The notes below the pieces were generated by a model. The model saw only the letters and a program-made list of their open reading frames with translations, had not been told where the DNA came from and did not search any database. From the NCBI GenBank assembly GCA_964016885.1, contig OZ024745.1, positions 64,418,001 to 64,482,000 of the forward strand: a stretch of DNA of 64,000 nt. The letters are read 5' to 3'. Both the position numbers and the translations under genes were made by a program. The stretch comes from Eledone cirrhosa (taxonomy: Eukaryota). Shown one piece after another: positions 12,270 through 25,830 of this stretch (positions are counted from its first letter, which is position 1; every line of letters starts with the position of its first letter).

Positions 12270-15200
12270 TGGATCACCCAAATAAAAAATGGATCCCCCA
12301 AATAAAAAATGGATCACCCAAATAAAAAATGGATCACCCAAATGAAAAATGGATCCCCCAAATAAAAAACCGGGCACCCAAATGAAAAATGGATCCCCCA
12401 AATAAAAAATGGATCCTCCAAATAAAAAATAGATCACCCAAATAAAAAATGGATCCACCAAATAAAAAATGGATCCCCCAAATATAAAATGGATCCCCCA
12501 AATAAAAAATGGATCCCCCAAATAAAAAATGGATCACCCAAATAAAAAATGGATCCCCCAAATAAAAAATGGATCACCCATAAAAAAATGGATCCCCCAA
12601 ATAAAAAATGGATCCCCAAGTAAAAAATGGATCACCCAAATAAAAAATGGATCACCCAATTAAAAAATGGATCTCCCAAATAAAAAATGGATCACCCAAA
12701 TAAAAAATGGATCCCCCAAATAAAAAATGGGTCACCCAAATAAAAAATGGATCACCCAAATAAAAAATGGATCCCCCAAATAAAAAATGGATCACCCAAA
12801 TAAAAATGGATCACCCAAATAAAAAATGGATCCCCTAAATAAAAAATGGATCACCCAAATTAAAAATGGATCCCCAAAATAAAAAATTGATAACCCAAAT
12901 AAAAAATGGATCACCCAAATAAAAAAATGGATCCCCCAAATAAAAAATGGATCACCCATATAAAAAATGGATCCCCCAAATAAAAAATGGATCACCCAAA
13001 TAAAAAATGGTTCACCCAAATAAAAAATGGATCCCCTAAATAAAAAATGGATCACCCAAATAAAAAATGGATCCCCCAAATAAAAAATTGATCACCCAAA
13101 TAAAAAATGGATCACCCAAATAAAAAATGGATCCCCTAAATAAAAAATAGATCACCCAAATTAAAAATGGATCCCCAAAATAAAAAATTGATCACCCAAA
13201 TAAAAAATGGATCACCCAAATAAAAAATGGATCCCCCAAATAAAAAATGGATCACCCATATAAAAAATGAATCCTCCAAATAAAAAATGGACCCCCCCCC
13301 CATAAAAAATCGGTGCACCCAAATAAAAAACGGACCCCTCCATAAAAAAACGGGGCACCCAAATAAAATACGGGGTACCCAAATATAAAACGGACCCCCC
13401 CCCATAAAAAAACGGAGCATCCAAATAAAAAACAGGGTACCCAAATAAAAAACGGGGCACCCAAATAAAAAACGGGGCACCCATATAAAAAAACGGACCC
13501 CCCCATAAAAAAACGGGGCACCCAAATAAAAAACGGACCCCCCCATAAAAGAACGGGGCACCCAAATAAAAAACGGACTCCCCCATGAAAAAACGGGGCA
13601 CCCAAATAAAAAACGGACACCCCCGTAAAAAAACGGGGCACCCAAATAAAAAACGGGGTACCCAAATAAAAAACGGACCCCCCCATAAAAAAACGGGGCA
13701 CCCAAATAAAAAACGGGGTACACAAATGAAAAACGCCCCCCCCCCCCACATAAAAAAACGTGGCACCCAAATAAAAAACGGGGTACCCAAATAAAAAACG
13801 GACCCCCCATAAAAAAATGGGGCACCCAAATAAAAAACGGACCCCCCATAAATAAACCGGGCACCCAAATAAAAAACGGGGTACCCAAATAAAATACGGA
13901 CCCCTCCATAAAAACACGGGTCACCCAAATAAAAACCGTCCCCCCCATAAAAAAACGGGGCACCCAAATAAAAAACGGGGTACCCAAATAAAAAAAAGAC
14001 CCCCCCATAAAAAAACGAGGCACCCAAATAAAAAACGGGGTACCCAAATAAAAAACGGGGCACCCAAATAAAAAACGGGGCACCCAAATAAAAAACGGGG
14101 CAACCAAATAAAAAACGGGGTACCCAAATAAAAAACGGACCCTCCCCATAAAAAAACCGGGGCACCCAAATAAAAAACGGACACCCCATATAAAAACGGG
14201 GCACCCGAATAAAAAACGGGATACCCAAATAAAAAACGGACCCCCCCGTAAAAGAACGGGGCACCCAAATAAAAAACGGGGTACACAAATGAAAAACGCC
14301 CTCCCCCATAAAAAACGGGGTACCCAAATAAAAAACGGACCCCCCATAAAAAAATGGGGCACCCAAATTAAAAACGGACCCCCCCATAAAAAACGAGGCA
14401 CCCAAATAAAAAACGGGGTACCCAAATAAAAAACGGGGCACCCAAATAAAAAACGGGGCACACTAATAAAAAATGGATCCCCCAAATAAAAAATGGATCC
14501 CCCAAATAAAAAATGGATCACCCAAATAAAAAATGGATCACCCAAATAAAAAATGGATCACCCAAATAAAAAATGGATCACCCAAATATAAAATGGATCC
14601 CTCAAATAAAAAATGGATAACCCAAATAAAAAATGGATCACCTAAATAAAAAATGGATCACCGAAATAAAAAATGGATCCGCCAAATAAAAAATGGATCC
14701 CCCAAATAAAAAATGGATCACCCAAATAAAAAATGGATCGCCCAAATAAAAAATGGATCCCCCAAATAAAAAATGGATCACCCAAATGAAAAATGGATCC
14801 CCCAAATAAAAAAATGGATCCCCCAAATAAAAAATGGATCCCCCAAATAAAAAATGGATCCCCCAAATAAAAAAAGGATCCTCTAAATAAAAAATGGATC
14901 ACCCAAATAAAAAATGGATCCACCAAATAAAAAATGGATCCCCCAAATAAAAAATGGATCCCCCAAATAAAAAATGGATCCCCCAAATAAAAAATGGATC
15001 ACCCAAATAAAAAATGGATCCCCCAAATAAAAAATGGATCACCCAAATAAAAAATGGATCACCCAAATAAAAAATGGATCCCCAAGTAAAAAATGGATCA
15101 CCCAAATAAAAAATGGATCACCCAATTAAAAAATGGATCTCCCAAATAAAAAATGGATCACCCAAATAAAAAATGGATCCCCCAAATAAAAAATGGGTCA

Positions 15201-18200
15201 CCCAAATAAAAAATGGATCACCCAAATAAAAAATGGATCCCCCAAATAAAAAATGGATCCCCAAAATAAAAAAATTGATCACCCAAATAAAAAATGGATC
15301 ACCCAAATAAAAAATGGATCCCCCAAATAAAAAATGGATCACCCATATAAAAAATGAATCCCCCAAATAAAAAATGGACCCCTCCATAAAAAAACGGGGC
15401 ACCCAAATAAAAAACGGGGTACCCAAATAAAAAACGGACCCCCCCATAAAAAAACGGAGCACCCAAATAAAAAACAGGGTACCCAAATATAAAACGGGGC
15501 ACCCAAATAAAGAAACGGACCCCCCCCCATAAAAAAAACGGGGCTCCCAAATAAAAACGGACCCCCCCATAAAAAAACGGGGCACCCAAATAAAAAACGG
15601 GGTACCCAAATAAAAAACGGACCCTCCCCCATATAAAAACGGGGCACCCAAATAAAAAACGGACCCCCCCATAAAAGAACGGGGCACCCAAATAAAAAAC
15701 GGACCACCGCATAAAAAAACGGGGCACCCAAATAATAAAACGGGGCACCCAAATAAAAAACGGGGTACCCAAACAAAAAACGGACCCCCGTAAAAAAAAC
15801 GGGGTACACAAATAAAAAACGGATCCCCCCATATAAAAACGGGGCACCCGAATAAAAACCGGGGTACCCAAATAAAAAACGGACCCCCCCCCCGTAAAAA
15901 AACGGGGCACCCAAATAAAAAACGGTGTAGCCAAATAAAATACGGACCCCCCCATAAAAACACGGGTCACCCAAATAAAAAACGGACCCCCCCATAAAAG
16001 AACGGGGCACCCAAATAAAAAACGGGGTACCCAAATAAAAAACGGGGCACCCAAATAAAAAACGGGGCACACTAATAAAAAATGGATCCCCCAAATAAAA
16101 AATGGATCCCCCAAATAAAAAATGGATCCCCCAAATAAAAAATGGATCCCCCAAATAAAAAATGGATCCTCCAAATAAAAAATGGATCACCCAAATAAAA
16201 AATGGATCCACCAAATAAAAAATGGATCCCCCAAATAAAAAATGGATCCCCCAAATAAAAAATGGATCCCCCAAATAAAAAATGGATCGCCCAAATAAAA
16301 AATGGATCCCCCAAATAAAAAATGGATCACCCAAATAAAAAATGGATCACCCAAATAAAAAATGGATCCCCAAGTAAAAAATGGATCACCCAAATAAAAA
16401 ATGGATCACCCAATTAAAAAAATGGATCTCCCAAATAAAAAATGGATCCCCCAAATAAAAAATGGGTCACCCAAATAAAAAATGGATCACTCAAATAAAA
16501 AATGGATCCCCCAAATAAAAAATGGATCACCCAAATAAAAAATGGATCACCCAAATAAAAAATGGATCCCCTAAATAAAAAATGGATCACCCAAATTAAA
16601 AATGGATCCCCCAAATAAGAAATGGATCACCCAAATAAAAAATGGATCACCCAAATAAAAAATGGTTCCCCCAAATAAAAAATGGATCCCCAAAATAAAA
16701 ATATTGATCACCCAAATAAAAAATGGATCACCCAAATAAAAAATGGATCCCCCAAATAAAAAATGGATCACCCATATAAAAAATGAATCTCCCAAATAAA
16801 AAATGGACCCCCCCATAAAAAATCGGTACACCCAAATAAAAAACGGACCCCTCCATAAAAAAACGGGGCACCCAAATAAAAAACGGGGTACCCAAATAAA
16901 AAACGGACCCCCCCATAAAAAAACGGAGCACCCAAATAAAAAACAGGGTACCCAAATAAAAAATGGATCACCCAAATAAAAAATGGATCCCCTAAATAAA
17001 AAATGGATCACCCAAATAAAAAATGGATCCCCCAAATAAAAAATGGATCACCCAAATAAAAAATGGATCCCCAAAATAAAAAAATTGATCACCCAAATAA
17101 AAAATGGATCACCCAAATAAAAAATGGATCCCCCAAATAAAAAATGGATCACCCATATAAAAAATGAATCCCCCAAATAAAAAATGGACCCCTCCATAAA
17201 AAAACGGGGCACCCAAATAAAAAACGGGGTACCCAAATAAAAAACGGACCCCCCCATAAAAAAACGGAGCACCCAAATAAAAAACAGGGTACCCAAATAT
17301 AAAACGGGGCACCCAAATAAAGAAACGGACCCCCCCCATAAAAAAAACGGGGCTCCCAAATAAAAACGGACCCCCCCATAAAAAAACGGGGCACCCAAAT
17401 AAAAAACGGGGTACCCAAATAAAAAACGGACCCTCCCCCATATAAAAACGGGGCACCCAAATAAAAAACGGACCCCCCCCATAAAATAACGGGGTACCCA
17501 AATAAAAAACGGACCACCGCATAAAAAAACGGGGCACCCAAATAAAAAACGGGGCACCCAAATAAAAAACGGGGTACCCAAATAAAAAACGGACCCCCGT
17601 AAAAAAACGGGGTACCCAAATAAAAAACGGATCCCCCCATACAAAAACGGGGCACCCGAATAAAAACCGGGGTACCCAAATAAAAAACGGACCCCCCCGT
17701 AAAAAAACGGGGCACCCAAATAAAAAACGGACCCCCCATAAAAAAATGGGGCACCCAAGTAAAAAACGGACCCCCCCCATAAAAAAACCGGGCACCCAAA
17801 TAAGAAACGGTGTAGCCAAATAAAATACGGACCCCCCCATAAAAAATCGGTACACCCAAATAAAAAACGGACCCCTCCATAAAAAAACGGGGCACCCAAT
17901 TAAAAAACGGGGTACCCAAATAAAAAACGGACCCCCCCATAAAAAAACGGAGCACCCAAATAAAAAACAGGGTACCCAAATAAAAAATGGATCACCCAAA
18001 TAAAAAATGGATCCCCTAAATAAAAAATGGATCACCCAAATTAAAAATGGATCCCCCAAATAAAAAATGGATCACCCAAATAAAAAATGGATCACCCAAA
18101 TAAAAAATGGATCCCCCAAATAAAAAATGGATCACCCAAATAAAAAATGGATCCCCAAAATAAAAAAATTGATCACCCAAATAAAAAATGGATCACCCAA

Positions 18201-21200
18201 ATAAAAAATGGATCCCCCAAATAAAAAATGGATCACCCATATAAAAAATGAATCCCCCAAATAAAAAATGGACCCCCCCATAAAAAATTTGTGCACCCAA
18301 ATAAAAAACGGACCCCTCCATAAGAAAACGGGGCACCCAAATAAAAAACGGGGTACCCAAATAAAAAACGGACCCCCCCATAAAAAAACGGAGCACCCAA
18401 ATAAAAAACAGGGTACCCAAATATAAAACGGGGCACCCAAATAAAAAAACCGACCCCCCCCATAAAAAAACGGAGCTCCCAAATAAAAAACGGACCCCCC
18501 CATAAAAAAACGGGGCACCCAAATAAAAAACGGGGTACCCAAATAAAAAACGGACCCTCCCCCATATAAAAACGGGGCACCCAAATAAAAAACGGACCCC
18601 CCCTTAAAAGAACGGGGCACCCAAATAAAAAACGGACCACCGCATAAAAAAACGGGGCACCCAAATAAAAAACGGACCCCCCCATAAAAGAACGGGGCAC
18701 CCAAATAAAAAACGGGGCACCCAAATAAAAAACGGGGTACCCAAATAAAAACGGACCCCCCATAAAAAAAACGGGGCAACCAAATAAAAAACGGGGTACC
18801 CAAATAAAAAACGGACCCTCCCCATAAAAAACGGGACACCCAAATAAAAAATGGACCCCCCCATATAAAAACGGGGCACCCGAATAAAAACCGGGGTACC
18901 CAAATAAAAAACGCACCCCCCCGTAAAAAAACGGGGCACCCAAATAAAAAACGGGGTACACAAATGAAAAACGCCCTCCCCCATAAAAAAACTGGGCACC
19001 CATATAAAAAACGGGGTACCCAAATAAAAAACGGACTCCCCATAAAAAAATGGGGCACCCAAGTAAAAAATGAACCCCCCCCATAAAAAAAGGGCACCCA
19101 AATAAAAAACGGTGTACCCAAATAAAATACGGACCCCCCCATAAAAACACGGGTCACCCAAATAAAAAACAGACCCCCCCATAAAAAAACGGGGCACCCA
19201 AATTAAAAACGGGGTACCCAAATAAATAACGGAACCCCCATAAAAAAACGAGGCACCCAAATAAAAAACGGGGTACCCAAATAAAAAACGGGGCACCCAA
19301 ATAAAAAACGGGGCACACAAATAAAAAATGGATTCCCCAAATAAAAAATGGATCCCCCAAATAAAAAATGGATCCCCCAAATAAAAAATGGATCCCCCAA
19401 ATAAAAAATGGATCCCCCAAATAAAAAATGGATCCTCCAAATAAAAAATGGATCACCCAAATAAAAAATGGATCCACCAAATAAAAAATGGATCCCCCAA
19501 ATAAAAAATGGATCCCCCAAATAAAAAAAGGATCCCCCAAATAAAAAATGGATCACCCAAATAAAAAATGGATCCCCCAAATAAAAAATGGATCCCCAAA
19601 ATAAAAATATTGATCACCCAAATAAAAAATGGATCACCCAAATAAAAAATGGATCCCCCAAATAAAAAATGGATCACCCATATAAAAAATGAATCCCCCA
19701 AATAAAAAATGGACCCCCCCATAAAAAATCGGTGCACCCAAATAAAAAACGAACCCCTCCATAAAAAAACGGGGCACCCAAATAAAAAACGGGGTACCCA
19801 AATAAAAAACGGAACCCCCCATAAAAAAACGGAGCACCCAAATAAAAAACAGGGTACCCAAATAAAAAATGGATCACCCAAATAAAAAATGGATCCCCTA
19901 AATAAAAAATGGATCACCCAAATTAAAAATGGATCCCCCAAATAAAAAATGGATCACCCAAATAAAAAATGGATCACCCAAATAAAAAATGGATCCCCCA
20001 AATAAAAAATGGATCACCCAAATTAAAAATGGATCCCCAAAATAAAAAAATTGATCACCCAAATAAAAAATGGATCACCCAAATAAAAAATGGATCCCCC
20101 AAATAAAAAATGGATCACCCATATAAAAAATGAATCCCCCAAATAAAAAAACCGACACCCCCATAAAAAAACGGAGCTCCCAAATAAAAAACGGACCCCC
20201 CCATAAAAAAACGGGGCACCCAAATAAAAAACGGGGTACCCAAATAAAAAACGGACCCTCCCCCATATAAAAACGGGGCACCCAAATAAAAAACGGACCC
20301 CCCCTTAAAAGAACGGGGCACCCAAATAAAAAACGGACCACCGCATAAAAAAACGGGGCACCCAAATAAAAAACGGACCCCCCCATAAAAGAACGGGGCA
20401 CCCAAATAAAAAACGGGGCACCCAAATAAAAAACGGGGTACCCAAATAAAAACGGACCCCCCATAAAAGAAACGGGGCAACCAAATAAAAAACGGGGTAC
20501 CCAAATAAAAAACGGACCCTCCCCATAAAACACGGGACACCCAAATAAAAAATGGACCCCCCCATATAAAAACGGGGCACCCGAATAAAAACCGGGGTAC
20601 CCAAATAAAAAACGCACCCCCCCGTAAAAAAACGGGGCACCCAAATAAAAAACGGGGTACACAAATGAAAAACGCCCTCCCCCATAAAAAAACGGGGCAC
20701 CCAAATAAAAAACGGGGTACCCAAATAAATAACGGAACCCCCATAAAAAAACGAGGCACCCAAATAAAAAACGGGGTACCCAAATAAAGAACGGGGCACC
20801 CAAATAAAAAACGGGGCACACAAATAAAAGATGGATTCCCCAAATAAAAAATGGATCCCCCAAATAAAAAATGGATCCCCCAAATAAAAAATGGATCCCC
20901 CAAATAAAAAATGGATCCCCCAAATAAAAAATGGATCCTCCAAATAAAAAATGGATCACCCAAATAAAAAATGGATCCACCAAATAAAAAATGGATCCCC
21001 CAAATAAAAAATGGATCCCCCAAATAAAAAAAGGATCCCCCAAATAAAAAATGGATCACCCAAATAAAAAATGGACCCCCAAATAAAAAATGGATCACCC
21101 AAATTAAAAATGGATCCCCCAAATAAAAAATGGATCACCCAAATAAAAAATGGATCACCCAAATAAAAAATGGATCCCCAAAATAAAAAATTGATCACCC

Positions 21201-22515
21201 AAATAAAAAATGGATCACCCAAATAAAAAATGCATCCCCCAAATAAAAAATGGATCACCCATATAAAAAATGAATCCCCCAAATAAAAAATGGACCCCCC
21301 CATAAAAAATCGGTGCACCCAAATAAAAAACGGACCGCTCCATAAAAAAACGGGGCACCCAAATAAAAAACGGGGTACCCAAATAAAAAACGGACACCCC
21401 CATAAAAAAACGGAGCACCCAAATAAAAAACAGGGTACCCAAATAAAAAACGGGGCACCCAAATAAAAAACGGGGCACCCAAATAAAAAAACGGACCCCC
21501 CCATAAAAAAACGGGGCACCCAAATAAAAAACGGACACACACATAAAAAAACGGGGCACCCAAATAAAAAACGGGGTACCCAAATAAAAAACGGATCCTC
21601 CCCCAAATAAAAAATGGATCCCCAAAATAAAAAATTGATCACCCAAATAAAAAATGGATCACCCAAATAAAAAATGGATCCCCCAAATAAAAAATGGATT
21701 ACCCAAATAAAAAATGGATCACCCAAATAAAAAATGGATCCCCCAAATAAAAAATGGATCCCCAAATAAAAAATGGATCCCACAAATAAAAAATGGATCA
21801 CCCAAATAAAAAACGGACCCCCCATAAAAGAACGGGGCACCCAAATAAAAAACGGACCGCCGCATAAAAAAACGGGGCACCCAAATAAAAAATGGACCCC
21901 CCCATAAAAGAACGGGACACCCAAATAAAAAACGGACCCCCCCATGAAAAAACGGGGCACCCAAATAAAAAACGGACACCCCCATAAAAAAACGGGGCAC
22001 CCAAATAAAAAACGGGGTACCCAAATAAAAAACGGACCCCCCCATAAAAAAACGGGGCACCCAAATAAAAAACGGGGTACCCAAATAAAAAACGGACACC
22101 CCCATAAAAAACGAGGCACCCAAATAAAAAACGTGGAACCCAAATAAATAGCGGACCCCCCCATAAAAAAACGGGACACACAAATAATGAACGAGGTACC
22201 CAAATAAAAAACGGACCCCCCATAAAAAAACGGGTCACCCAAATAAAAAACGGACCCTCCCCATAAAAAAACGGGGCACCCAAATAAAAAACGGACCCCC
22301 CCATATAGAAACGGGGCACCCGAATAAAAAGCGGGGTACCCAAATAAAGAACGGAACCCCCCGTAGAAAAACGGGGCACCCAAATAAAAAACGGGGTACG
22401 CAAATAAAAAACGGGGTACCCAAATAAAAAACGGGGCACCTAAATAAAAAATGGATCAGCCAAATAAAAAATGGATCCCCCAAATAAAAAATGGTTCCGC
22501 CAAATAAAAAAGGGA

Positions 22516-23527
22516 TCCATTTTTTATTTGGGTGATCCATTCTTTATTTGGGTGATCCATTTTTTATTTGGGTGATCCATTTTTCATTTGGGTGATCCAT
22601 TTTTTATTTGGGGGATCCATTTTTTATTTGGGGGATCCATTTTTTATTTGGGTGATCCATTTTTTATTTGGGGGATCCATTTTTTATTTGGGGGATCCAT
22701 TTTTTATTTGGGTGATCCATTTTTTATTTGGGTGATCCATTTTTTATTTTGGGGATCCAGTTTTTATTTGGGTGATCCATTTCTTTGGGGGGGTCCATTT
22801 TTTATTTGTGTGATCCATTTTTTATTTGGGTGATCCATTTTTTATTTGGGGGATCCATTTTTTATTTGGGTGATCCATTTTTTATTTGGGGGATCCTTTT
22901 TTTATTTGGGGGGTCCATTTTTTATTTGGGGGATCCATTTTTTATTTGGGTGATCCATTTTTTATTTGGGGGTTCCATTTTTTATTTGGGGGATCCATTT
23001 TTTATTTGGGGGATCCATTTTTTATTTGTGTGATCCATTTTTTATTTGGGTGATCCATTTTTTATTTGGGGGATCCATTTTTTATTTGGGTGATCCATTT
23101 TTTATTTGTGGGATCCATTTTTTATTTGGGTGATCCATTTTTTATTTGGGGATCCACTTTTTATTTGGGTGATCCATTTTTTATTTGTGTGATCCATATT
23201 TTATTTGGGGGATCCATTTTTTATTTGGGTGATTCATTTTTTATTTGGGTGATCCTTTTTTTATTTGGGGGATCCATTTTTTATTTGGGTGATCCATTTT
23301 TTATTTGGGTGATCCATTTTTTATTTGGGGGATCCATTTTTTATTTGGGTTATCCATTTTTTATTTGGGTTATCCATTTTTTATTTGGGTGATCCATTTT
23401 TTATTTGGGTGATCCATTTTTTATTTGGGGGATCCATTTTTTATTTGGGGGATCCATTTTTTATTTGGGTGATCCATTTTTTATTTGGGGGATCCATTTT
23501 TTATTTGGGTGATCCATTTTTTATTTG
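22516..23527 (-). repeat. Inverted family A cassette 3 (about 1,012 bp)
   Basis: Same junctions (GGATCC at 22513-22518 and 23530-23535) and the same internal markers (attcttt, ttttcattt, ccactttt, catatttt, gttatcc). Confidence 0.97.
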
Positions 23528-24517
23528 ATGGATCCCCAAAATAAAAATGGAACCCCCAAATAAAAAATGGATCCCCCAAATAAGAAATGGATCACCCAAA
23601 TAAAAAATGGATCCCCCAAATAAAAAATTGATCACCCAAATAAAAAATGGATCACCCAAATAAAAAATGGATCCCCTAAATAAAGAATGGATCACCCAAA
23701 TTAAAAATGGATCCCCAAAATAAAAAATGGACCCCTCCATAAAAAAACGGCGCACCCAAATAAAAAACGGTGTACCCAAATCAAAAACGGACATCCCCAT
23801 AAAAAAACGGAGCACCCAAATGAAAAACAGGGTACCCAAATAAAAAACGGGGCACCCAAATAAAAAACGGGGCACCCAAATAAAAAAACGTACCTCCCCA
23901 TAAAATAAACTGTGCACACAAATAAGAAACGGACCCCCCCATAAAAAAACGGGGCACCCAAATAAAAAACGGCGTACCCAAATAAAAAACGGACCCTCCC
24001 CCATATAAAAACGGGGCACCCAAATAAAAAACGGACCCCCCATAAAAGAACGGGGCACCCAAATAAAAAACGGACCACCGCATAAAAAAACGGGGCACCC
24101 AAATAAAAAACGGGGTACCCAAATAAAAAACGGGGTACCCAAATAAAAAAACGGACCCCCCCATAAAAAAACGGGTCACCCAAATAAAAAACGGGGTACC
24201 CAAATAAAAAACGGACCCTCCCCATATAAAAACGGGGCACCCAAATAAAAAACGGACCCTCCCCATAAAAGAACGGGGCACCCAAATAAAAAACGGACCC
24301 CCCCATATAGAAACGGGGCACCCGAATAAAAAACGGGGTACCCAAATAAAAAACGGAACCCCCCGTAGAAAAACGGGGCACCCAAATAAAAAACGGGGTA
24401 CGCAAATAAAAAACGGGGTACCCAAATAAAAAACGGGGCACCCAAATAAAAAATGGATCACCCAAATAAAAAATGGATCCCCCAAATAAAAAATGGTTCC
24501 GCCAAATAAAAAAGGGA

Positions 24518-25311
24518 TCCATTTTTTATTTGGGTGATCCATTCTTTATTTGGGTGATCCATTTTTTATTTGGGTGATCCATTTTTCATTTGGGTGATCC
24601 ATTTTTTATTTGGGGGATCCATTTTTTATTTGGGGGATCCATTTTTTATTTGGGTGATCCATTTTTTATTTGGGGGATACTTTTTTTATTTGGGGGATCC
24701 ATTTTTTATTTGGGTGATCCATTTTTTATTTGGGTGATCCATTTTTTATTTGGGGGTTCCATTTTTTATTTGGGGGATCCATTTTTTATTTGGGGGATCC
24801 ATTTTTTATTTGGGTGATCCATTTTTTATTTGGGTGATCCATTTTTTATTTGGGGGATCCATTTTTTATTTGGGTGATCCATTTTTTATTTGTGGGATCC
24901 ATTTTTTATTTGGGTGATCCATTTTTTATTTGGGGATCCACTTTTTATTTGGGTGATCCATTTTTTATTTGGGTGATCCATATTTTATTTGGGGGATCCA
25001 TTTTTTATTTGGGTGATCCATTTTTTATTTGGGTGATCCATTTTTTATTTGGGGGATCCATTTTTTATTTGGGTGATCCATTTATTATTTGGGTGATCCA
25101 TTTTTTATTTGGGGGATCCATTTTTTATTTGGGTTATCCATTTTTTATTTGGGTGATCCATTTTTTATTTGGGTGATCCATTTTTTATTTGGGGGATCCA
25201 TTTTTTATTTGGGGGGTCCATTTTTTATTTGGGTGATCCATTTTTTATTTGGGGGATCCATTTTTTATTTGGGTGATCCATTTTTTATTTGGGTGATCCA
25301 TTTTTTATTTG
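24518..25311 (-). repeat. Inverted family A cassette 4 (about 794 bp, internally shortened)
   Basis: Entry GGATCC at 24515-24520, 2,002 bp after that of cassette 3. Exit junction reads ttatttgatGGAACCccaaaa at ~25311, with the core mutated. Confidence 0.96.
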
Positions 25312-25810
25312 ATGGAACCCCAAAATAAAAATGGAACCCCCAAATAAAAAATGGATCCCCCAAATAAAAAATGGATCACCCAAATAAAAAATGGATCCCC
25401 CAAATAAAAAATTGATCACCCAAATAAAAAATGAATCCTCCAAATAAAAAATGGACCCACCCCATAAAAAATCGGTGCACCCAAATAAGAAACGGACCCC
25501 TCCATAAAAAAACGGCGCACCCAAATAAAAAACGGGGTACCCAAATAAAAAACGGACATCCCCATAAAAAAACGGAGCACCCAAATGAAAAACAGGGTAC
25601 CCAAATAAAAAACGGGGCACCCAAATAAGAAACGGGGCACCCAAATAAAAAAACGTACCTCCCCATAAAAAAACTGGGCACCCAAATAAGAAACGGACCC
25701 CCCCATAAAAAAACGGGGCACCCAAATAAAAAACGGCGTACCCAAATAAAAAACGGACCCTCCCCCATATAAAAACGGGGCACCCAAATAAAAAACGGAC
25801 CCCCCATAAA

Positions 25811-25830
25811 AGAACGGGGGATCCATTTTT
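25811..25830. other. Major array polarity switch: family B (A-rich on +) joined to family A (T-rich on +)
   Basis: cataaaagaacGGGG-gatccattttttatt; the G run at 25816-25820 fits both parental monomers (CGGGGCACCC and TTTGGGGGATCC). Confidence 0.95.

Larger units (their letters stand above)
1..25819. repeat. Left arm: composite satellite, mainly A-rich on +, alternating family A and family B domains, with four inverted cassettes
   Basis: The + strand reads CCCAAATAAAAAA except in four blocks. Family B domains at about 1-924, 2105-2637, 3379-4460, 5979-7061, 8360-9523, 10643-12269, 13288-14473, 15375-16082, 16804-16963, 17185-17987, 18269-19328, 19710-19869, 20152-20831, 21291-21610, 21814-22451, 23728-24453 and 25452-25819, separated by family A. 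Confidence 0.95.

Noticed and set aside
1-25819. CRISPR-like alternation of constant (CCCAAATAAAAAA) and variable segments
   Set aside because: The variable parts are only 6-8 nt, come from a handful of related variants and recur constantly. There are no unique spacers, leader or cas genes.
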